DNA of 64,000 nt from Dictyostelium discoideum (Eukaryota). The stretch's first letter is position 1, and each line of letters begins with the position of its first letter. The translations under genes were made by a program, and so were the position numbers. Shown piece by piece: positions 23,560-37,310 of the stretch. Where the stretch lies: contig CM000154.2 of the NCBI GenBank assembly GCA_000004695.1, positions 2,816,001-2,880,000 of the forward strand. The letters are read 5' to 3'. The notes below the pieces were generated by a model. That model had not been told where the DNA came from. It did not search any database and worked only from the letters and a program-made list of their open reading frames with translations.

Positions 23560-23900
23560 TATTTATTTAAGGGATTTCCTTCCACCCTCACCATAAATTT
23601 TTTTTTTGGGGGGTTAAATTGTTGTTGTTGAAATTCCTGCTGCTGTTGAATTTTTAAAAAAAAAATAACTATCGGGGTTATAACGGGAAGTGGGGGGGGC
23701 CCTATTTGAAGGGGGGGGGGTTGAACTTTATTTTTTTTGGGGGGCCACCCTTTTTTTTGTCGGTTCCAATTTTACAAAAAAAAATTTGAATTTTTTTACC
23801 GGTTTTAAAATAAAAAAAATAAAAAAAAAATAAAAAAAGGTGGGGGATTTTTTTTTTTTTTTTTGAACATGTCCTTTTTTTTTTAAATTTTTTTTTTCTC
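23560..23900. other. Anomalous island of G/C/T/A homopolymer smear (ggggg, gggggggggg, ccacc, tttttttt...), probably low-quality or assembly-junction sequence
   Basis: ...ggggttaaattgttgttgttgaaattcctgctgctgttgaa...cggggttataacgggaagtggggggggccctatttgaagggggggggttgaactttattttttttggggggccaccc.... Composition is completely out of character for the surrounding ~78% AT DNA, and G-runs of 6-10 nt are otherwise absent. It sits where the 5' exons of the K/E-repeat gene should be. Confidence 0.5.
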
Positions 23901-24199
23901 CCCTTTTTTTTTTTAAAATTTTTTCATTTTCCCAATTAATAAATAAAAAAAAAAAAAAAAATTAAAAAACAAAACAACAAAAAATTTAAAAAAAAAAAAA
24001 CAAAACAATAAAAAAAAAAAAAACTTTTTAATACCTATTTAACATTTGTTTAATTTCATTTTATTATTATTATTATTTTTTTAATTTTATTATATATTGT
24101 GCACGCATAGTATTTTTTAATTTTTTTTTTATTTTTTTTTTTTTATTTTATTTTTAGATTTTTTTTTTTTATTTTCATTTTTTTTTTATTTTATTTTTA

Positions 24200-27100
24200 T
24201 TATTTTTTAATTGATTTTTGATTATTTAAAGAAACAATTTCAATATTCTTTTTAACAATATTACTTACTAAATCATCACAAGCATATTGAACTGATTCTA
24301 AAGCATTTAAATTAATAGTAGCCATTAAATCATTTTCAGAAGAGGTTGAGGATGATAAAGTTTGATTTGAATTTATGAATTTTAAAGTGAAAATTTTTGA
24401 AAGATCCAATAAGATATTTTCATCAGGATTATATTTTGGTGAATCCATTAGTGATGTTAAAATTTCTAATGGGATTGGATCTTCAAAACTATCAACATCT
24501 GGTGAATACATTGTTAGTAATTGTTTTAATTGAGCTATTGATAAGGTTGGACAAATTTCATCACGAAGTTCATCATTTTGTAATTGAGTTTTATCAATCA
24601 TTAAAATGTAAACCACCTCTTTCAAAAGTCTTAATTTATCACAAACACTTGAAGACCATTCTTTACCATGATGTAATTTAACCCAATGTTCCAATTCTGA
24701 AATATTCATCTTTATTGGTATACTACTTCTCAAACAACATAAATCCTTTCTTAATAAAATTTCATTAAATATCATTGCATTTATAAATGAAAATAATTGT
24801 TCAAATAATAATTTACATAAATTATTATTAATATAACAATTTTCTAATGATAATGAAATTTGAATTTGATTTCTAAAAAAAATAAAATTTTTAAAAAAAA
24901 AAAAAATAAAATTAGTAATAAATAAATAAATAATATTATAATTAAATAAAATAAAATACTTACAAATAATTTGTAATTGGATCCATAAAATCAATTTCTG
25001 AAGTTGTATCATTTAATGATTTATGAAGTATTGGTTGAATATAATCAGTGATGTTTTTAACAACATTTTTATGAGCTTTTACAATCATTGTTTGAAGTGT
25101 AATTTTTAATTTTTCAATTAATGCTTTATCTTGATCATTTAATGATAATTGATCTTTTGTATCTTGATTATAAGTTTCCATAATATTAAATAATGTATAG
25201 AAATTTGAAAACCAATAACATAATGCTGAACAATTTGATTTTGGATCTCTATAAATTACTTCTTCAACTTTATCACAGAAATAAATTAAAATGTTTACAT
25301 TGGTTTCGATTGGATCTAATACACCAGTACCACTGCCACCACCACTATTTGTGCTATTTGGAGTACCAATAACTGTTGCATCAACATCATAAATATTCTT
25401 TAAGAAACAACGTGATAAAATGAATGCAGGTTCAGGTATTCCACCCATTTCAGATGGTACATATTTTGAAACTATTGAATCATGATTCTTTATGATTAAA
25501 TCAACTAAATATTTACCAGATTCCAATTGACAGTTATTGAAATTCAATGCACTTACTAAATCTGAAATTGTACTTTGTTGAATATGTTTATCACTACCAG
25601 TTGGTGAACTTTGACTTAATGGATTACCACTACCATTGGTAGTAGATGTAGCAGGGTTGGTACCATTATTAAGATGATATTGATGTAATTGTTGTTGTGC
25701 ATCAATCTCTTGACTATTTGTAAAATCTTTATATGATAATGATTTAATATTACTATCCATCATATTAATTGGTGATGTTGTACTTGTAATACTATTTGAT
25801 GGTGATATATTATGTTGTTGTTGTTGTTGTTGATGATGAGAACTACTATTATCATTTGTAATTGAAGATTTAGTATAAACTACTTTTGGTGAATCATTAA
25901 TATTTGAAGGAATACCAGGTAATAATGAACGTGGATGACTTGATGATTTTTTAACTTTTTCTTCCAATTGTGTAATTTGAAGTTTTAATGATTCAATATA
26001 TTGTTTATGAGTTTCATCCATTTGTTTTAATTCTTTATATTCTTTTTCTAATTCATTAAATTGTCGTCTTGGTATAACATCAACATTATTATCATCATCA
26101 TCATGGCCAATAGTTTCTCTTGATCTTGGTGGTGAAATTGATGAAATTTCATGATTTCTTTTTCTATCTTCACCTTTATGTTGTTTTGGGGATAATATTA
26201 AACTATCAGTATTATCAATACTATCATCACTACTGCCACTTATTGTTGTATCACTATTTGAATTTATTGAATTTCTAATTGGACTAGCTGGTGATGATTT
26301 TGGTGGACTAGTAACACCATTATTTGTTGTTGTACTACCTTCAAAACTAGTATTACCAACAACTTCATTATTTTTATATGAATGTTGATGTTGCTTTTCT
26401 TCTAAATCATTAATATGTTGTTTTAATTTTGAAATTATTAATTCATTTTGTTGTTTATATTGATGATATTCAGATTCTAAAGCTGAATATTTTAAAAGTA
26501 ATTCTTCTTTTTCTAAATTAATATTACCAAAATCTTTTTGTAATTTCTCTTTTTCAATTTGTATATTTGAAAATTGTGAAGATAATTGTTCATTTTCATT
26601 CTTTATCTTTTGTGCCAATTGTGATTCCATATCTAATTTTGATTGAATATCACCCAATTTCGAAGCCAATTTATTCTTTTCAGCAACTACATTTGTTAAT
26701 GATTTAGCTTCAGCTTTCAATAATTTCAATTGTTTCTTTGCCAAATTTGATCTCCACAATGATTGAATCTTTACAATCTTTTTAATTCTGTCCATTAGAG
26801 TATTGAATTCTTTAGAATCTTCTAAACGACGTAATAAACTTTGGAAATGAATAGTTGTTGATAACAATTGATTAAATTGTTTCTCCAATTCATTAGTACG
26901 AATCAATGATTGTAAATGAATTGCAGAATTCTCTTCAACCATTGAATTGTATTCCAATTGTTGTAAGTATGATCTAATTAATGATTGGAAATAAATTGAA
27001 GAATGTTTAGTACTTGTGTAAGCTTTTCTATCAGTGTAACCTCTCCATATTTTTTGAATAAAGGTTGCACTGTTTATCATGGTTTGTGATCTTAACAATT

Positions 27101-30100
27101 CCAAATTTGCAATAATACCTGACTTAAAAAATAATTTAGTTAAACCAAATTGAACTGAACTAATATCAATTGATAATTTATTTATCATTAATTCAGCACC
27201 CTTTCTTTTCAATTCTATTTGATTATTGGTACCACCATTACTACTATTTAAATCAGTTTCTTTTAATATTGAATTCCATTCCTTTGATTCATTTGAATCA
27301 TCATCATTTTTAAAATCTTTTGCAACAATTAATTTATAACGTTTAATGAAATTATCATAAACTAATCTTGATGGATAACCAGATCTACTTATACGCAATT
27401 GTTCAATTACACCGCTACAACGAAGTTGATGTAATACCATAACATTATCAAATAGATTTGCTCTTTTTTCAGTATTTGGTTTAATACATCTTATATAATG
27501 TGGATTGGTAGAATTAATTGTTGTCATTAATGAATTTAATGATTCTTTAAATTGTGATGATACTGATGTAAATTTAAATGTTGATTTACCAGCAGCTGAT
27601 GATGATGCTTTATTTCCACCAGCACCACCACCACCACTTGTACCACCACCTCCATTCATTTTCTTTGATAGGATTTGAAATAAATTTGTTAAAAATTTCC
27701 AATTACTTGATTCTAAGGCACTAACTTGTTCTGAAATTATAAAATCTTTATTCTTTTCTAAAAATAAATTTGTATCATACTCCACCTTTAAAATTATATT
27801 AAAAACAATAAAAATAATAATATAAAAAATAATTATTATTGAAATTAAAAACATTAATATATTTAAATTTTATTATTTAATTTTATAAATATACCTATAC
27901 TGTAGTAATTAAATAAAAAAACAATACAAAAATAAAAAAATAAAAAAACAAAAAAAAAAAATAATTAAACCAACTGTTATTGTTTGTTTTTTTTTTTTTT
28001 TTTTTACTAATTGATAATTTTGGCGGTTAATTGAAATATCTTTATTTATATAGATATTTAAATGAAATTACCACCAACCACCTTTACAAAAATATTTATT
28101 CAAAAAATTTTGGTGGTTTTTTTTTTAATTGGTGGGGTATTTTTTAAATAATAAAATAATTATCAAGTGAACACACACACATAACAAAGAAAAAGAAAAA
28201 AAAAAAAAAAAAAAATAAATAAAACTTACTTTACCAGCATAATGGTCAATTATAAAATGAGTTTGAGAAAATCTTGGTTTTTCAAAATTTTTAGATTTTG
28301 AATGATTATTATATAATTTTGTACAAAGTGTTGATGGAGTTGATTTAGGAAATTGAGATTCTTCATCTAAAATACTTAAAATACCCAATGGTTTCTTTTC
28401 AATTAAATCTATACACTCTTGATTATCAGAGAATTCAATATATGACCAATCGATTTTCTCTTTTTCATATTCCAATTGTTCCAATTTAAAAATTTGATGA
28501 TTAAATTGATTTTGTAATTTTTCATTTGCATAATTGATAGTGAATTGTTCATAAGAATTTGATTCAAATGATTCAAAACCATAGATATCTAAAATACCAA
28601 TGAAAAGGAATGAATTATCTTTCTTTTCAGTACCAATTTTATCAATTGATTGATTAATCCTAACCACTAACCAATCGAATAATCTTGAATATAAAAACAT
28701 TGATAAAGAATCTCTTGCTTGTGATGCTTGTTCAACTGTATGATTTATAGTATAAGATTCATTACCAGCTTTCATTTTTCTTGAACAAAACGTTGACTTT
28801 AATGAATCAACTGAACAACCTAATAATTTACATGATATTTCCAATGGATTATACCCACCAGCATCATCATCACTAAATGATTCACCAAATGATGAATTTC
28901 CATACTTGATTATGGATGAATCTTCTTCCTTACCCTTTTCAAATTCAATATTACCAATATGTAAAATTGATAATAATATCTTATAAATTCCAATTAATTC
29001 ATCATTTGATAAACCCATTACTTTTAAAGCATTTTCAGTTTTTATAAAAACTTGTGAATCATCAACACCATCAATTGAATCACAACCACTTGAAATTAAA
29101 TAATTAAAATCTGATGCTTTACATTTTAATAATGATTTTAAATCATCAATATTATTATTACTACTACTACTACTGTCTTCATCTTTATTATTATTACTAC
29201 TATTTTTTAAACAACAACTATTATTAAAACCTTTAATTAATTGATAAAATATATGATAACCTCTTTCATTTTCTGGTGGTTTTACAATTCTAGATTTCTC
29301 CAATAAATAAGTTTCTAATTTTGCACCAACTATTGTGCCTTTTATTTTATCGAAATGAATTTCAATGAATTTACCAAATCTTGAAGAATTATCATTACGT
29401 AATGTTTTTGAATTACCAAATGCTTCTAGAATCGGTGTTGATTTTATAACTTGAGTTTCAATATTATTACCCTCGACTATATCCTCTTCAGAGATTAACG
29501 ATGTATTTACACCATTACCTTTTTCACCCATTGCTGCGAAATATTGTAATAAGAATTTAGTAGTTTCAGTTTTACCTGCACCAGATTCACCAGATACTAA
29601 AATCGATTGATTCTTTTGAAAATTTAACATCTCTCTATATGCTGATTCTGCAATTGAGTAAACGTGTGGTGCTAATTTTGAAACTGGTTGATCACAAAAA
29701 CTTTCAATCATTTCTTTACTATATATTGGTAATTTTGTATATGGATTAATCGCAATCAATATGCTACCAGTATATGTATAAATTGAATTAATTTCATATC
29801 TTTTTATTAAATTATGTATTACTGCTGCTTCATGTAAATGTGATAATGATGTCATATCATCTATTCCTTCTTGAATTACTGGATTTTGCATTCTTAATTC
29901 ATCTTTTTCAATTTTAATTTCCTAAAAATAATAATTAAATAAAAAATGTTAAAAAAAAAAATGTTAATATATTATTCTTTTTTTTATTTTTTTTATTATT
30001 TTAAATAATATTTATAGATTATAATTACTTTTCCATTTTCATCTCTAACTAACCAACCTTCACCAGGTATTTCTTTTATTAAGTCACCATTAATCCAACC

Positions 30101-30157
30101 TTTTTCTGGATTTGGTACCCATACTTTTTCTTTACCACAATTATTATCAATCATCAT
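24200..30157 (-). CDS. myoH: Unconventional myosin heavy chain, class-V-like (motor, IQ motifs, coiled coil, S/T/N-rich spacer, dilute/DIL tail), 1771 aa
   Basis: join(complement 30029..30157, 28230..29921, 24964..27785, 24200..24872). Exon 1 MMIDNNCGKEKVWVPNPEKGWINGDLIKEIPGEGWLVRDENGK ends at GTAATT. The motor contains GESGAGKTE and LEEA-type switch regions up to HFIIDHYAGK. A 444-nt intron joins to VEYDTNLFLEKNKD. IQ motifs are IQKIWRGYTDRKAY.... The DIL domain spans the last two exons (...FINAMIFNEILLRKDLCCLRSSIPIKMNISELEHWVK). The gene symbol is inferred from the class-V architecture, the 1771-aa length and proximity to ctxA; it is not verified. Confidence 0.85.
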
Positions 30158-30808
30158 TAATTATTATTATTTCTATTATTTATTATTTTTTTTTTATAAA
30201 AAAAAAAAAAATTTATTTATTTATTTATTTTATTTATTTATTTATTACTATTATTATTTTTACAATTTTAAAATTTTTAATATGAGTATGAAATTAGTAA
30301 TAAAAAAAAAAAAAAAAAAGAAAAAAAAAGAAAAAAAAATTAAAAAATAAAAATTAAAAAATAATCAATATATAAAAACTATATTATTTTTTATTTAAAA
30401 AAAAAAAGAAAATATTCAATAAATAATATTGAGAAGTACCCTAAATTTTTTTTATTTTTTTATTTTTTTATTTTTTTTTTAAAATTTTATTTTTAATAAA
30501 AATAAAAAAATAAAATAAATGTTTAGTTTTTTTTTATAAATATGGTAAAAATTTGGGTTAAAAAGCGAAGACTGGAGGTGGTGACATGTATTTATTTTAA
30601 CCCTTTAAAAATTTCATTTTTTTTATAAATTTTATGTCATAGTAGTGTTTGTGGTTTAACCAAATCGAATATTTTTTAAAAAAAAATAAAAAAAAAAAAA
30701 AAAAAAAAAATCTTGTGGTTTAAGTAATATTAATAAATTTTAAAAATAGGTTTAATTCAAATTTATTTAAATAACCCTATTCAAAGATTATTAAAAAAAA
30801 AAAATATC

Positions 30809-30861
<53 letters not shown>

Positions 30862-31193
30862 AAAATAAATATATAATAAATTATTAATTAAAATATCTTT
30901 AAAAGTTTTAATTATTTATAAAATATTAATTTTTTATTTTATTATAAACTTAAAAATAGATAAAATTTTGATTTCGTTTTCAATTATAATTTATCATTCA
31001 TAGTACATAAATAAATATTTACTTTATTGGATTAAAAAAAAAAAATAAATAAATAAAAAAATAATTAAGTTTTTTTTTTATTTTATAATAATTAGGTTAT
31101 CATTGTACAAGTTTATTTTTTTTTTTTTTAAATAGATTATTATATGATTTTTTTTTTTTTTTTTTTTTTTTTGGTTATTATTATTTTTTTAAT

Positions 31194-32641
31194 TTATTTT
31201 TTTGATTTTGATGATTTTAATTTTTGAGCTTTTAAATCATCTTCTTTTTGATTTAAAAGTTTCATAATTGCTAAATTTTCTGCTTCTAATTTTGTGGCTA
31301 AATGTTTAACTTGTTCACCAAATGGAAGACCAGAGACTTCGACGATGATTTGGTCATCGATAGAGGATGAGGAAGAGTTTTCCATTGTTAACTTTTGCCA
31401 TTTGAGTAAATCGTGAACGTGAGTGTCGAGGTTCTTTCTTAAGAGACCAAGACCTTGAGCTTCAGCAGCACCTCTGATTCTGGTGGCTTCGATTTGTTGT
31501 TCGAGTTTTGATTTTTCATCGATGGCTTCAGCTAATTTCAATTCCAAGATAGCTCTATCCTTTTCGGTCTTGGCTAATCTTGCTTCGAGTTCCATACGAG
31601 CCAATTTCTCTAATTCCAAGTTCTTTAAGGTTTCATCGAGTTTGGCTTCCAATTCACGAAGTCTCTTTTCACGTTCAGCACCTTCGGACTCTAATGATGC
31701 CAATAAACTATTGAGTTGATCCTTTTGTTTGATTAATTGTTCACGTGAGACCTTTTCAGATTCCAATGAATTCTCTAAACCGGCTAAACGATTTGCCATT
31801 TCATTTTTGCTACTCTCTAAACGAGCTTTCTCTTCCTTGGCTCTATAGGCATGGAAGAATAAAGATGTGTAGAGAACGAGTGAACGTTCATCAGTGGTAC
31901 CACGCATAACCTCTTCAGCTTCCAAGAGTTTTGGTACACCTAATCCTTTTTCGGCGAAATCAAATGCAGCGTTTAAACGAGCAATTGGGTCCATTGCTTC
32001 AAACTCTTGGAATTTGAATGATTCTGGTTCAAATTTATGTGAGAGTGCTAAAAATGCTAAACCATCACGGAATGATTTGGTGAATGATGTAATATTGACA
32101 CCATCATAACCAGTGGTAGTATTCTTACACCATAATAATAAACCTTCTTCTGATGATTTATCACCTTCACTAATAACAGCAATACGATATTTACGATATA
32201 ATGTCCATAAAAAACCTAAAATCATTTTTTTATTATTATCAACAAAATCTAAAAAATAAAAAAAAAAAAAAATAAGAAAAATTTTATTATGTTAATATAT
32301 ATATAAATATTTAAAAATATTTAAATAGTTTATAATATTTTTTTTTTTTTTTTTTACATACCTTCTGAACCAATACCTTGAACTTTAATCTTTAATTCTT
32401 CATCAAGGAATTTAAGAGCAAGTGCAACATTTTGAATCATATTAATACGAGCTTTTGGTTCAAAATCATACTTTTTATTAAACTTTTTGCTACTGATGAG
32501 TTCCAAAAAGAAGATTAATTTGACACCATCACTCAAGTCTTTACCGACATCTGAAATCTTTTCACCTCTTTTATCTAAAACTGAATTTACCCATGCAGTA
32601 AATGCTTTTTCTTGTACTATTTCCCAATCTTTACCTGCCAT
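31194..32641 (-). CDS. ctxA: Cortexillin I (two calponin-homology domains + coiled coil), 444 aa
   Basis: join(complement 32362..32641, 31194..32248). Donor GTATGT, acceptor TTTTTTAG, phase 1. The splice gives ...KVQGIGSE|[23 protein letters not shown].... CH1 is [22 protein letters not shown]...; CH2 is ...[39 protein letters not shown].... A heptad coiled coil follows ([32 protein letters not shown]) and a basic C-terminus KLKSSKSKK. Confidence 0.9.
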
Positions 32642-32869
32642 CTTTTTTTTTTTTGTTTTTTTTTGTTTTTTTTATTAAATAAATATATTTAAAATGATAA
32701 TAATAAAATGGAATTAAAATAAAGTTTGATTAGAAGTTAATTAAAAAAAAAAAAAAAAAAAAAAAAAAGGAAAAATTTTTTTTTTTAAAAAAAAAAAAAA
32801 AATTCAGTTTTTTTATAATAAAAATAACCCAAATTATTTGAAAATTGTTTTTTTTTTTCTTTGGGTTAT

Positions 32870-32912
<43 letters not shown>

Positions 32913-33264
32913 AATGATTTGACTTAATTAATTAATTATTCTTTTATTATTTTATTTATTATTATTATTTTTTAAAATTATTTATTTATTAATTTTTTTT
33001 TTAATTATTTATTGATTATTTTATTTTATTTTTTAATATTTTTTTTAATATAAAAATAGAACATAAAACTTGAAGTATCATTTTGGGGGAAAAAAAAAAA
33101 AAAAAGGTTTAAAAAAAAATTAATTAAAGTAAAATTAAATCCAAACCTTTTATATGTATGGTGTTTAAATAAAATAAATAAAATAAATAAATAAAAATAA
33201 ATAAATAAAAATAATTTTAAAAATAACCTTTTAATTTAAAAATAAAAATAAAAAATAAAATTCC

Positions 33265-33295
<31 letters not shown>

Positions 33296-33299
33296 AAAT

Positions 33300-33508
33300 T
33301 TGAAAGTTTTTTTTTTTTTTTTAAAAAAAAGGGGTTTTAAAAAAAAAAAGGGGGGGTTTGGGGGTGGATTTTTTTTTCAAAACCCCCCAAATTTTTTTGG
33401 GGGGGAACCTAACCAATTTTTTTTAAAAAAAAAAAAAAATTTTTTTTTAAAAAAAAAAATTTTTTTTTTTTTTTTTTTTTTTGGGGGCCCTTCCCCTTTT
33501 TTGAATTT

Positions 33509-33560
<52 letters not shown>
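33300..33560. other. Second anomalous homopolymer-smear island (aaaaggggttttaaaaaaaaaaagggggggtttgggggtggatttttttttcaaaaccccccaaatttttttggggggg...), likely sequence-quality artefact
   Basis: Same character as 23560..23900. The track ORFs 33300..33572(+) and 33377..33592(-) (KKKGGFGGGFFFQNPPNFFGGEP...) are its translations. Confidence 0.5.
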
Positions 33561-33641
33561 CTTGAATTATAAATAAATAATACCAAACCCATTAATGTAG
33601 CTTATTGTTATTTTTTTATTTTTTTTTAATTTATTTGATCG

Positions 33642-33674
<33 letters not shown>

Positions 33675-33681
33675 CCCACAT

Positions 33682-33969
33682 CTAAATTTTCCAAAATCTT
33701 TCAATTGAAACAGAGTTAGATTGTTGGATTGGATTATTATTATTAAATGTACAATTAATTAAATTTGTATTTGATATTTCTTCAACGATTTTGAAAGTCT
33801 TAAAAATAGATTCAATAAAATTAACAGATACCTCTTTAACAGTACCAAAGACCATTTCATCATCAGAAAGGTCATCAAAGGTTGTACTTAATTTATCAAT
33901 TAAACTCTTTCTAGATGAACGACTTCTTTTTTCAACAATAAAATTTTTTCTAACTTTCTTGGACGACAA
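33682..33969 (-). CDS. Hypothetical ORF, probably a 3' exon of an unidentified gene (...[43 protein letters not shown]...)
   Basis: Open frame with no ATG (the track start is a TTG). An acceptor-like (T)nAATAG sits at ~33985, suggesting an upstream exon. It lies next to the anomalous island at 33300..33560. No homology recognised. Confidence 0.2.
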
Positions 33970-34666
33970 ATATTGGTTTTTCCTATTAAAAAAAAAAAAT
34001 AAAAAAAAAAAAAGTTAAATATATTTTTTAAAAATGTTATTTATTATAGTTTTTTTATTATTTTTACATTTTATTATTTATAGTTTCAAGTATTTAGTTT
34101 AATAATAGTTAAATAAAAAAAAAAAAAAATAAAAAAAAAAAAAAAACATTTCTCAATACACACCGACACAAAAAGAAATTTCAAATTTCAATTTTTATTA
34201 TTAATTTTATTTTATTTTATTTTATTTTATTTTATTTTTTATTTTAAAAAAAGTGTCAATCTTGATAAAATTAAAAATATATTTAAATTATAAATCAGAA
34301 AATAAAAAAAAATTTTAATTTTATAATTTATATATAGATTATAAATTTATTATTTTTATTCATTCTAAACAATTTCTATAAAAATAAATGGAAATTTTGA
34401 TAATAGATTACTTAAATAGAGCTTTTTTTTTAATTGAAGTAATAATTGAATATTTTAATTTTTTTAATTTTTTAATTTTTTTAATTTTTTTTATTTTATA
34501 TTAAAATCTAATTTTCCAAAAATGGTCCTTAAAAGATTTAATATCCATACTATTAAAATAATGATTTAATTTTAAATAATTTAAATAAAAAAAAGAATTA
34601 AAATTTTTTAAAAAAAAAAAAATAATTTTAAATAATTATTTTAATATGTTTTTATTATTATTTTAA

Positions 34667-35044
34667 TTATTTTTGTTCTTGACGTTGTTTCTTTACTTCA
34701 TCATGTACTTTGAAAGAATGGTCAACATCTTCTTTTCCTTTATTCATTATTCCAGCGATATATTTGCCATGAATTTCTTGACCTTTTTCAAGTTCATAGT
34801 TTAATTCTACACCTTTTTCCTTTAATTCATCATCCATTCTTTTTCTTTCACGTTCTACGTTTTCTTGACCTCTTTCAATTTCTAATTTTGCTTTTTCAGA
34901 TACATTTCTCATATGTAATTCATGATTTAATTCACTTGTTTCTTCTCTTCTTCTTTCTTTAGTTCTACTATAAGTTGGACTCTTTACCATTAATTCTGGA
35001 TTAGTTGGAGGTGGTGATTTAGCTTGTTCTAATTTAATATCCAT
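34667..35044 (-). CDS. Hypothetical small charged protein, 125 aa (MDIKLEQAKSPPPTNPELMVKSPTYSRTKERRREE...)
   Basis: Single ATG-initiated ORF. Charged, coiled-coil-like K/E/R composition. Flanked by A/T tracts. No homology recognised. Confidence 0.35.
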   Translation of the reverse strand: MDIKLEQAKSPPPTNPELMVKSPTYSRTKERRREETSELNHELHMRNVSEKAKLEIERGQENVERERKRMDDELKEKGVELNYELEKGQEIHGKYIAGIMNKGKEDVDHSFKVHDEVKKQRQEQK

Positions 35045-35213
35045 TTTATTTTTTTTATTATTATTATTAAAATTAATTATTTTAAAAACTAGTTTTTTTT
35101 TACCAATTGTTTTTTTTTTTGTTTTGGTAGAAAAAAAAAAAAAAAAAAAAAAAAAATTATTTCAAAATTATAAATATTAATATCCTCACCCAAAAAAGAA
35201 AATTTTTTTTTTG

Positions 35214-35252
<39 letters not shown>

Positions 35253-35805
35253 TCCCAAATTTAAAATTTCCAAAATTAGAATACTAGTACTCAAAAAATT
35301 GTATTAATTAGTTGAATTTAATATTCTAATTTTAAATTTTAATTTTTTATTTTTTATTTTTTAATTTTTAATTTTTTTTTTTTTTAATTTAAAAATTTGA
35401 AAAAAAAAAAAAAGAAAAAAATATCTTTATTTTTTTTTTTTTTTACAATTTTATTTTTTTTTCTATTTTTAATTTTACTTAATCGTAGAAATCATTTTTA
35501 TTTTTATTTTTATTTTTATTTTTAATAAAATGAACAATCATTAAAATTGAAAAAAAAAAATTTTAATAAAAATTAATTTCCTTTTTTTTTTTTACTCTAT
35601 TCTTAGATAAATTTAAAAAATTATAAATAAATTAATTTATTTTTTCTTTTTTTTTTTTTTGTGGTGGTTGAGCTCCCCCTTTTGTTTTTTTTAATTACTC
35701 ATTTTTTTATTTTTAAATTTTTTTTTTTTTAATTATTTTTTTTTTTAGTTTAATTTTTTTTTTAAATATTTTTTTTTTTTTTTTTTCTAATTTATTTTAT
35801 TATTA

Positions 35806-35848
<43 letters not shown>

Positions 35849-35857
35849 AGTGAGAGA

Positions 35858-37279
35858 ATGGATATAATTGTTAATAGTGATAGTAATAATAAAAACAACA
35901 ATAATAATAATTACAATAGTACATCAACATCTGATATGGATATTCCATCTTCACCAACAATAACTAATAATAGTAGTGGTGATGATATAAGTACAAGTAG
36001 TAGTGAAGAAAGTAATAACAATATTAATATTAATAATAATAATAATCAAATAGAGCAACAAAATGGAGAGTTCATTGAACCACAAATAAAACAACAGCAA
36101 CAACAACAACCTAATACAGAAAATGAAGAAAATGTAAATGTAAATAACAATAATAAAAATGGTAATTTAATTGATACAGATGATCTTTTATTTAATCATA
36201 ATTCACCACAAAAATCAAATGACAATCAAACAAAACTATCAGTTGATAACCAAAATGATTTAAATAGTATTTTTTCAAATAATAATAATAATAATAATAA
36301 TGATAATAATAATAATAATAATGATAATAATAATGATAATAATAATGATGATAATAATGATGATGATGATGATGAGGATGAGGATGATGATGATGACAAT
36401 ACTCCCAACGCAAATGGTATTAAAGATAATACCAATGAGGATGATAAAGATAAAGTGGAAATAGCATCTTGTGATATAGATGATAAAAAAGAAGAACAAA
36501 ATGAAAAAGAACTTGATAAAATAATTGTAAATAATGATGAAATTAATAGTAGTAGTGGTAATGATATTGTAAAAGTAACAAGAAGTAATAGTAGTGGTGG
36601 TGGTAGTAGTGTAAATAATAATGAAAAAATATATCTTTTAAAACATCCATTATCAGTGTCACCAATAACAAGCCCAACAATGGCACATTCAAATTCAAAC
36701 CCAACTACAACAACAACAACAACCACATCAACATCTGCAATTAATAATGGCTCACCAAAATCATCATCATTTGTAGCTCAACCAACAATTGCAATATTAC
36801 CTGATTTTCATTTGAATGACGAAAAACCACCATCAAATACAAATACAACAACTACAACTACAACTACAACAGCACCACCACCATCAATTTCTGCAACTAA
36901 TAGTAGCGCAAGTATAAGTAACTCAAATAGTATTAATAGTAGTGTCAATAGTAGTGGAGGTGGTAGTTCAATAACTCAATCACCAAATATTATCCTTGAT
37001 CAACCACAAACTTCTTCTTCTCCTTCTTCCTCAAATATTAATAATAATAATAGTAATAACAATAATAATAACGTACAATCACCTAATATGAATAAAACGA
37101 CAGTGGCACCACAACCAACAAATACAGGAGGAGGTGGATTCTTCCAAAGAATGTTTAGAAGAGAACAAAGTAAAACATCATTACCATCACCAAATAACGA
37201 TAGAAAGAATTTAGATAATGCGCAAAATACAACAACAAATAATAATAATACCACCACCAATACCATAAACAACAACAAC

Positions 37280-37310
<31 letters not shown>

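Noticed and set aside
30540-30600. GC-richer intergenic block aaagcgaagactggaggtggtgacatg between myoH and ctxA
   Set aside because: No recognisable RNA-gene features or repeats. Possibly a promoter element, but there is nothing to support a specific call.
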